Shown: piece by piece, positions 57,675 through 64,000 of the stretch | How the letters are laid out: every line of letters begins with the position of its first letter | Numbering within the stretch: position 1 is the first letter of the stretch | Assembly (NCBI GenBank): GCA_049512315.1 | Contig: JBEKXF010000008.1 | Span: 1 to 64,000, forward strand | Length of the DNA stretch: 64,000 bases | Source: Candidatus Aminicenantales bacterium | Lineage (GTDB): Bacteria; Acidobacteriota; Aminicenantia; Aminicenantales; Saccharicenantaceae | Reading direction: 5' to 3' | The notes under the pieces: model-generated | What the model was told of the DNA's origin: nothing | The model's database searches: none | The model's input: only the letters and a program-made list of their open reading frames with translations | Made by a program: the position numbers and the translations under genes

Positions 57675-58022
57675 CTACTTCTTGATCATGACGAGGAGCA
57701 TCTTGAACCGGGAAACGGCCCTGAGGGCGTGGGGGATCCCGGCGGGCATGATGATCATCTCGCCCTGCTTGAGCGCGTGGGCCTGGCCGGCGATCGTGAT
57801 GTCGGCCGCCCCGTCGAGCCCGATGACCAGGGCGTCGAAGGGGGCCGTGTGCTCGCTGAGCTGCTGGCCTTGGTCGAAGGCGAACGCCGTCACCGTCCCC
57901 GTTTTCTCACGGACGATCTCGCGGCTGACGACCGCGCCGTCCTGATACTGGACCAGAGCCGGGAGATCGATGGCCTTCGCCTTCAAGTCCTCCGCGTTTT
58001 TTTCTTTTGGGCTGGAGGCCAT
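57675..58022 (-). CDS. Cupin-domain protein
   Basis: FAFDQGQQLSEHTAPFDA, MPAGIPHAL. Confidence 0.9.
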   Translation of the reverse strand: MASSPKEKNAEDLKAKAIDLPALVQYQDGAVVSREIVREKTGTVTAFAFDQGQQLSEHTAPFDALVIGLDGAADITIAGQAHALKQGEMIIMPAGIPHALRAVSRFKMLLVMIKK

Positions 58023-58043
58023 GGCGTCTCTCCTTTTTTGCCG

Positions 58044-58280
58044 TCAGACTTTCCCCGAAATATACTGGCAGTATCCGTAGGCGATGGGCCCGCTCTTGGT
58101 CGTCTCGCAGGGGAATTCGGAACATTCAAAACAGAGGGCGACGCCCTTTTCGAACGCGCAGGTGGCGATCCGGCAGAACTTGTTCTCTTTCGGGACGCAT
58201 CCCGCCGCGCCGTTAGGACATTCGGCCCTGACCATCCTGGGGCACTTCTCGCAGGCCATCCCGCAGACGCCGATCTTCAT
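58044..58280 (-). CDS. Small Cys-rich protein (DUF3795-like)
   Basis: CGMACEKCP, CRIATC, CFECSEFPC. Confidence 0.75.
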   Translation of the reverse strand: MKIGVCGMACEKCPRMVRAECPNGAAGCVPKENKFCRIATCAFEKGVALCFECSEFPCETTKSGPIAYGYCQYISGKV

Positions 58281-58307
58281 GAACGGAACCCTCGAATGAT
58301 AATAAAA

Positions 58308-58384
58308 TGGTCGGGACGGGCGGATTCGAACCGCCGACCCCATGCACCCCAAGCATGTGCGCTACCAGGCTGCGCCACGTCCCG
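58308..58384 (-). tRNA. tRNA-Pro(GGG), CCA encoded
   Basis: CGGGACG acceptor stem, anticodon arm CATGC-TTGGGGT-GCATG, TTCGAAT T-loop, ACCA end; upstream TGCTATAAT. Confidence 0.97.
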
Positions 58385-58423
58385 AACCGGGGCCTCTCAT
58401 TATAGCAGAAAAAACGGATATTC

Positions 58424-58819
58424 TTAGCCCTTTTTGGGCTTTTTTTCGAGGGAGGTCGCGATCTCCTGGAGCTCGCCTCTGACGTTGTAGAGGGCCTTCC
58501 GGAGCTTCTCCGGATGGATGGGAAGTGAAGGGAGAAGGCCGAATTCCTCCTCGATCCGGCGCCTGACGCCGGCCATGGTCAAGGTTTTTTCGGACAGCAG
58601 CTCCTTGATCCGGAGGATGATGTCGAGGTCCTTCTGCCGGAAGAACTTCTGGCCGCTCCCCGTCCGGCCGGCGTTGAGGAACGGGAATTCCGCTTCCCAG
58701 GACTCGAGGGTTTCCGGGTCGAGCTTGGCCAGCCGCGCGGCTTCCTCGAACCTGTAGACGAGCTTTCCCTTGGGCTTGTCGTCCCTGAAGAGCTTGGGTT
58801 CGGCGGTTTCGTTTCTCAC
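58424..58819 (-). CDS. MerR-family HTH protein
   Basis: GTG start; KLVYRFEEAARL..LESWEAEFP..GQKFFRQKDL..TMAGVRR; promoter TTGACC-N17-TAATCT upstream. Confidence 0.8.
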   Translation of the reverse strand: MRNETAEPKLFRDDKPKGKLVYRFEEAARLAKLDPETLESWEAEFPFLNAGRTGSGQKFFRQKDLDIILRIKELLSEKTLTMAGVRRRIEEEFGLLPSLPIHPEKLRKALYNVRGELQEIATSLEKKPKKG

Positions 58820-58915
58820 GGGCGTTCCGGGAAACCCAAGATTAGCATTTTCGCGCCCGGCGGTCAAGGCGAGCGGAAGGGAGAGTGTGATATAATCCGG
58901 GCCTGGTCGCTTGCC

Positions 58916-60244
58916 ATGGCCGACAGACCGACAGCTCGGGATAAGGAAACGCACACGCCGCTCGCCGAGAGGATGCGGCCGCAGACCTTCGACCGCGTTT
59001 ACGGTCAGGACCACCTCCTGGGCAAGGGCAAGATCCTCTCCGAGCTTATCGAAAACAACCGGCTGGTCTCCATCATCTTCTGGGGTCCGCCCGGGTCCGG
59101 GAAAACCACTCTGGGCATCATGCTTGCCCGGCATTTCGACCTGCCTTTTGAGTTTTTCAGCGCCGTCCTTTCCGGGATCAAGGAAGTCAAGGAATTCATG
59201 GCCCGGGCCGAGGCGCAGCGCAAGCTCTACGGGAAGCCGATGATCCTGTTCATCGACGAGATCCACCGGTTTAACAAGGCCCAGCAGGCGGCCTTCCTGC
59301 CCTACGTGGAAAAGGGCGACATCGTCCTCTTCGGGTCGACGACCGAAAACCCCTCCTTCGAGATCATCGCCCCCCTCCTGTCGCGGACGAGGGTCCTCGT
59401 CCTCAAAGAGCTTGACCGGGAAGCCCTGGCGCGGATTGCCAGAGACGCGCTCGGGGACAAGGAACGGGGGCTTGGAAAACTCAAGCTCGAGATCGTGGCC
59501 GGTGCCCTGGACCTGCTCATCGACTTCGCCAATGGCGACGCCCGTCGGGCCCTGAACACGCTGGAGATCGCCTCCAGCCTGACGAAGGGGCCTTCGATAA
59601 CGCTCGAGAACGTCCAGGAGGCCCTCCAGAAACGGACTCTCCTCTATGACAAGGACGGGGAGGAGCACTACAACCTGATCTCCGCCCTCCACAAGAGCCT
59701 CCGGAACAGCGACGTCGACGCCTCGCTCTACTGGCTGGCCCGGATGATCGCCGCGGGCGAGGATCCCCTCTACGTCGCCAGGCGGCTCGTCCGCTTCGCT
59801 TCGGAGGACGTGGGCCTGGCCGACCCGCAGGCGCTCGCCGTTACCCTCCACGCCAAGGAGGCTTACGACTTCCTAGGCTCCCCGGAGGGCGAGCTGGCCC
59901 TGGCCGAGGCCGTCGTCTACCTCGCATCCGCGCCCAAGAGCAACCACGTCTACTCCGCGTTCGGCGCCGCGGTGAAAGATGTCGAGCGAAGCCCCCACGA
60001 GCCCGTCCCCCTCAATATCCGGAACCCGGTGACGCCTCTCATGAAGGAGCTCGGCTACGGGCAGGATTACAAGTACGCCCACGATTTCGCGGGCTCGACG
60101 ACCGACATGGAGACTCTCCCGGAACGGATGAAAGGCCGGAAATATTACGAGCCCGGGCCCTACGGCTTCGAAAAAGAGGTCCGCAAGCGGATCGAGTGGT
60201 GGGAGGCCCTGAAGGCCAAGATCAGAGCCGGGAAGCCGTCCTAG
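58916..60244 (+). CDS. rarA: Replication-associated recombination protein A
   Basis: PLAERMRP, GPPGSGKTT, DEIHRFNKAQQ, TTENP, ISALHKS, ASEDVG. Confidence 0.97.
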   Translation: MADRPTARDKETHTPLAERMRPQTFDRVYGQDHLLGKGKILSELIENNRLVSIIFWGPPGSGKTTLGIMLARHFDLPFEFFSAVLSGIKEVKEFMARAEAQRKLYGKPMILFIDEIHRFNKAQQAAFLPYVEKGDIVLFGSTTENPSFEIIAPLLSRTRVLVLKELDREALARIARDALGDKERGLGKLKLEIVAGALDLLIDFANGDARRALNTLEIASSLTKGPSITLENVQEALQKRTLLYDKDGEEHYNLISALHKSLRNSDVDASLYWLARMIAAGEDPLYVARRLVRFASEDVGLADPQALAVTLHAKEAYDFLGSPEGELALAEAVVYLASAPKSNHVYSAFGAAVKDVERSPHEPVPLNIRNPVTPLMKELGYGQDYKYAHDFAGSTTDMETLPERMKGRKYYEPGPYGFEKEVRKRIEWWEALKAKIRAGKPS

Positions 60245-60247
60245 GCG

Positions 60248-60442
60248 TCAACCCTCGGCCGCCGGCGGCCCGTCCTTCTCTTCCTTTTCCTTGAGCAGGT
60301 AATAGACTTCCCAACTGATGTCGTCCGCCAGACAGCCGATGCACGACTTGGGGGTCGTGGCGATCTCGTCGTCCGCGATCTTGTCCTTGATGATCCTCTT
60401 GACCATCCTGCGGATCTTGTAGAGAAGGATGTAGTTGACCAT
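60248..60442 (-). CDS. Small hypothetical protein with CxxC (64 aa)
   Basis: MVNYILLYKIRR..SCIGC..; own promoter TTGCAA-N17-TATCAT; codon usage like its neighbours. Confidence 0.7.
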   Translation of the reverse strand: MVNYILLYKIRRMVKRIIKDKIADDEIATTPKSCIGCLADDISWEVYYLLKEKEEKDGPPAAEG

Positions 60443-60502
60443 GCCGGTTTCCTGGAACCGGATGATAGCAGTTTGGGCCCGTTTTTGCAAAACCGCTTTC
60501 GG

Positions 60503-60564
60503 AGGGGTCCCGTCCCGGTGCGTCCCCGTCCGCCTCGGGCGGGCGGGGACTAGCACCGTGCCCC
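60503..60564 (-). repeat. Structured repeat family C, short (empty) form
   Basis: Hairpin GGTGC-TA-GTCCCCGCCCGCC-CGA-GGCGGACGGGGAC-GCACC on the minus strand. Confidence 0.75.
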
Positions 60565-60629
60565 TTACCTTTATCATGTCGTCAGTTTGCGCGTCTGATG
60601 AATCATGCTATAGTTGGCACGTCAACGAG

Positions 60630-61757
60630 ATGAAAAGAACCGTCGCCGCGCTACTGGCCCTGGCCCTGTGCCTCCCGCTCTTTTTCTGCCGGCCCGTCCG
60701 GTTGAACATGGCCCCGCGCCCTGAGACGCTCGGCTTTCCCCTGATCGAAGAAAAGGCGCTGCCGTTCGAGGGGACGGCCAACGGGCCCGTCAAGGTCCGC
60801 TTCGGGACGGCCTACTTCACGACGGAAGAGGGCTTTCTCTACAGTGTCGACGTCCTTTCCCAGCGGATCCTCTGGAGGTTCAAGGCCGACCGGCCCCTGC
60901 CCTCGGGCCCGGAGCTCGGCGACGAGTCGATTTCGGTCCGCGATGAAGGGAACACGATCTACGTGTTGGATCCTGACGGCCGCACGATCCTTAAGACGAC
61001 GCCGTCGGACCCGGTGACGACCCCCGTCCGCGAAATCCAAGGCCGGATCTATTTCGGGTGCGGGAACGGCCTCATCGCCGCTCTCGACGTTCAAAAAAAC
61101 GGTCAGCCCGCCTGGGAGTACAAGGCGGGGGCGACCGTTCGCTCCGGCCCCGTCTTTTCGGGGGGCCTTGTCTTTTTCGGCACGGACAACGGCCGCGTCT
61201 ACGCCCTGGATAATAACGGGAAGCCCATCTGGACGTTCGCCGCCCGGGGCGCTGTCCGCGTCGATCCCGGGGCCTCGGACGGCCGGATATATTTCGGGAC
61301 AGAGGACCGCTATTTCTACTGCCTGGCGGCGGCGACCGGGAAGAAGAAATGGGTTTTCCGGCTGCCCGGCGCGCCCGTCCGCCCCCCGAGGCCGGCCGGG
61401 AAGCTGGTCATCTTCGCGGCCTCGGATAGCGTCGCGTATGGCCTCAGGGCGCGGAACGGCGAGATCGCCTGGTGGCAACCCGTCCCTTCGAGGGTCGTCC
61501 ACGGGCTCTTCGTGGCCGATGGCGTCGTCCTCGTTTCCTCAGCCTCGCCGGACATCGTCGGCTTCGATCTCCAGGCCGGCTTCCGGACCGGGAGCTACCG
61601 GGCGGCGGCCGACCTCCGGGCCGGGGCCGAGTGGGCCACGCCTTATCTCGTCATCATCGAGCCGGACCCGGCCTCGGCGGGGGAGAAGATCGTCTTCCTC
61701 AAACGGGACAGGCGCCCCGTCGGGACCTTGGGCAAGCCGAGTGCCGTCCGGCGTTGA
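60630..61757 (+). CDS. PQQ-like beta-propeller repeat protein (BamB-like), exported
   Basis: Signal peptide; repeats such as IYFGTEDRYFYCLAAATGKKKW and VFFGTDNGRVYALD. Confidence 0.85.
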   Translation: MKRTVAALLALALCLPLFFCRPVRLNMAPRPETLGFPLIEEKALPFEGTANGPVKVRFGTAYFTTEEGFLYSVDVLSQRILWRFKADRPLPSGPELGDESISVRDEGNTIYVLDPDGRTILKTTPSDPVTTPVREIQGRIYFGCGNGLIAALDVQKNGQPAWEYKAGATVRSGPVFSGGLVFFGTDNGRVYALDNNGKPIWTFAARGAVRVDPGASDGRIYFGTEDRYFYCLAAATGKKKWVFRLPGAPVRPPRPAGKLVIFAASDSVAYGLRARNGEIAWWQPVPSRVVHGLFVADGVVLVSSASPDIVGFDLQAGFRTGSYRAAADLRAGAEWATPYLVIIEPDPASAGEKIVFLKRDRRPVGTLGKPSAVRR

Positions 61758-61807
61758 AAACGGCCCGGAAAAGCTTTAGAATCGGCCTTCGAGAAAGGAG
61801 TGACCCC

Positions 61808-62356
61808 ATGAAGCGCGAAGAAGCCCTGGAACTTCTGAAGCAGCATCTCAAGAACAAGAACCTGATCAAGCATTGCCTCGCCGTAGAGGCCTGCATGAGG
61901 GCGATCGCCGTCCGGCTGGGGCACGACCCCGAGCCCTGGGGCCTGGCCGGCATCCTCCATGACCTCGACTACGAGGTCACCGAAAAAAGCCCCGAGCTCC
62001 ACACCACAGAGACCGTCAAGATCCTCCGGGACAAGGGCATCGACGAGGCCATTATCCAGGCCGTCCAGGCCCATGCCGGCAAGGTGCCCTGCCTGACGCC
62101 GATGGACTGGGCCATTTTTTCCATCGACCCTCTGACCGGGCTGATCATCGCCGCGACCCTGATGCATCCCGATAAAAAGCTCAAGGGGATCGACCTTGAG
62201 TTCGTCAAGCGGCGCTACAAGGAGAAAAGCTTCGCCCGGGGAGCGCGGCGCGAGGAGATCGAACAGTGTGTCAACCTCGGCCTCGGCCTGGACGAGTTCA
62301 TCTCCATCGCCATCGCGGCCATGCAGGGGATCGACCAGGACCTCGGCCTGGCCTAG
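61808..62356 (+). CDS. HD-domain (HDIG-like) hydrolase
   Basis: AAAGGAG RBS; KHCLAVEA, LHDLDYE, DPLTGLI, KSFA. Confidence 0.9.
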   Translation: MKREEALELLKQHLKNKNLIKHCLAVEACMRAIAVRLGHDPEPWGLAGILHDLDYEVTEKSPELHTTETVKILRDKGIDEAIIQAVQAHAGKVPCLTPMDWAIFSIDPLTGLIIAATLMHPDKKLKGIDLEFVKRRYKEKSFARGARREEIEQCVNLGLGLDEFISIAIAAMQGIDQDLGLA

Positions 62357-64000
62357 AACAGCCCCGCTTTGAGCCCCACCTCAAGGAACCTCCCCCTCCA
62401 GGGGAAGCCCAGTTCCGTGTAGAAATAGTGGTTGAAGACGTTGGTGACGCGGATGAAGGGCTCGAAATCCCCGACGGCATAGCTCAGGACGGCGTCGAGG
62501 CTGAAATAACTGGGGATGGTCAGGAGCGCCGACGTGCTCGAGTTCCAGTACCATGACTCGGAAGCCAGGATGCCGGTCAGGCCGAGGCGCAGGCGGCTCA
62601 GGGCCCTGAATCCTACCTCGAACGTCCCGTTATGCTTCGGGAGGGCATCGAGCGGCCGGTTGTCCGTCTCGTCCCTGTGGTCGAGGAATGTATAGTTCAG
62701 CAGGGTGTCGAGCCCGAACCCTCCGCAGGTCCATGCCCTCTGGGCCTGGAGCTCGAAGCCGTTGATCCGGGCTTTGTTGATGTTGTAATACCGCCGCGTT
62801 CCGTCGGGCAGCAGGACTGTATTGATGAAGTCGCGGAGCGTGTTCAGGAAGAACGACCCGGTCAGGAAGAATCCCTTGTTGTAGGTCGCCGAGAGCTCAA
62901 AACTCCGGCCGAACTCGCTCTTGAGGTCGGGGTTCCCGCTCGAAAAGGAATAGAGCGACCGCATCGAGGGGAACTTGGATTTCGTGGCATAGGAGATATG
63001 GATGTCCAGGGCGTCGATCGGCGAATACTTGAGGCCCACCAGGGGATTGACCTTCGTCGTCGTCCCGCCGATGAACTTGCGGAGGCTGTCGACGCTGGCG
63101 CCCACGATGAGCTTCCAGTCCTCGAGGAAGCTGATGTGGTCCTCGAGCCCGACCGAGAACATCTTCTGCTGGTACCCGTACCAGGGCAGGGCCGTATCGT
63201 CTTGCTGGCGGGTCTTGTCGGCCTCATAATAGACGCTAGCCTTCAGGGAATTCCACGACGCCGGCGAGTACTCGCCGAGCCCGAAGAAACCATAGATGGG
63301 GTTATCATAGGTGCTCTCGGCCGAGAGGGCGGCCATCGAGCCGTTGGCGTACTGGTCCAGGACGTTGTAATAACTCACGTAGTAGCCCCGGAAGCGGACG
63401 AAGGCCTTGTCCCCGATCGATGTGTACCCGCCCGCGCTGACCGAGGTCCGGTCCCAGTCCTTGAAGCGCCAGTAGCGGGCCCGCCCGAAGAGGGTCGGTG
63501 GAATGCCGTAGGCCGAATGATAGCGATCGGCGTTGATCATGATCTCACTCGTGCTCGAGGGGTTGTAGATGACTTTGCCGCTCAGGTTGAACCGCTGGTA
63601 GTCGCTCAGGAGACGGTCCTGCTTGACGCCGGAGGGGTCCGTGTAGCGAAAGCCGCCGGAGTCCTGATAGAGGGCGGAGGCCACAACTCCCACCTTGCCG
63701 AGCTGGAGGGCCGTATCGGCCCCGGCGCCCCGGGTGTTCTGGTTGCCCATCGCCAGCGTGAGGTAGACCCTCGGGTCTGAGGTCGGGCGCCGGGTGATGA
63801 CATTGACGATCCCGCCCAGGGTGTTCGGGCCGTAGAGGACCGAGGACGGGCCCTTGGTGATCTGCATGGACTGGACGCCGCCCGTGGAGACGGTCTTGAG
63901 GTCGAAGGTCCCGAAATAGGGCTCGACGATGGGGACCCCGTCGACGAGCAGGGCGATCCGCCCCGAGTCGATCCCGCGGAGCTTCAGGGTGTATTCACCT
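62353..64000 (-). CDS. TonB-dependent receptor, N-terminus outside window
   Basis: Plug motifs LRG..LLVDGVP and KGPSSVLYG..GGIVNVIT; GNPDLKSE, NVFN, terminal Phe. Confidence 0.93.
   Translation of the reverse strand, partial: GEYTLKLRGIDSGRIALLVDGVPIVEPYFGTFDLKTVSTGGVQSMQITKGPSSVLYGPNTLGGIVNVITRRPTSDPRVYLTLAMGNQNTRGAGADTALQLGKVGVVASALYQDSGGFRYTDPSGVKQDRLLSDYQRFNLSGKVIYNPSSTSEIMINADRYHSAYGIPPTLFGRARYWRFKDWDRTSVSAGGYTSIGDKAFVRFRGYYVSYYNVLDQYANGSMAALSAESTYDNPIYGFFGLGEYSPASWNSLKASVYYEADKTRQQDDTALPWYGYQQKMFSVGLEDHISFLEDWKLIVGASVDSLRKFIGGTTTKVNPLVGLKYSPIDALDIHISYATKSKFPSMRSLYSFSSGNPDLKSEFGRSFELSATYNKGFFLTGSFFLNTLRDFINTVLLPDGTRRYYNINKARINGFELQAQRAWTCGGFGLDTLLNYTFLDHRDETDNRPLDALPKHNGTFEVGFRALSRLRLGLTGILASESWYWNSSTSALLTIPSYFSLDAVLSYAVGDFEPFIRVTNVFNHYFYTELGFPWRGRFLEVGLKAGLF

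Noticed and set aside
33500..58384. Integrative element at either tRNA-Pro
   Set aside because: No integrase and no duplicated tRNA 3' end seen
1..64000. CRISPR array, rRNA, prophage, intact transposase
   Set aside because: No regularly spaced repeats, rRNA-like sequence, phage genes or full transposase ORF recognised

Overview
High-GC bacterial chromosomal window with about 55 genes. Gene content (two tricorn proteases, S46/M61 peptidases, FadL and TonB outer-membrane proteins) suggests a diderm peptide degrader, possibly Aminicenantia/Acidobacteriota (inference only). It opens with a dinB-dnaE2-type mutagenic polymerase pair. An accessory-looking block follows (3.5-9.2 kb): REP-like hairpins, an orphan hicB, a soluble histidine kinase with a NarL-type regulator, amt without glnK, a TorF-like porin broken by one in-frame TAA, an IS91-like transposase scrap and a RelE/ParE toxin-antitoxin pair. 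The rest is housekeeping and catabolic: lysA, DUF72, thiD, fadL, acyP, NIF3, a large membrane kinase, a P-type ATPase, a peptidase cluster, ABC-F, pstSCAB1B2, dedA, surE, merR, rarA, two tRNA-Pro genes and a partial TonB-dependent receptor. Best leads: (1) a candidate GlnK-independent ammonium-uptake module with its own two-component system; (2) two PstB paralogs with complementary degenerate ATPase motifs; (3) three families of structured intergenic repeats, one covarying and one present in empty and filled forms; (4) an S46 peptidase with an atypical S1 residue; (5) a mini acyl-CoA dehydrogenase lacking its middle domain. No CRISPR array, rRNA, prophage or intact transposase was seen. All family calls come from motif recognition by eye, not database searches.
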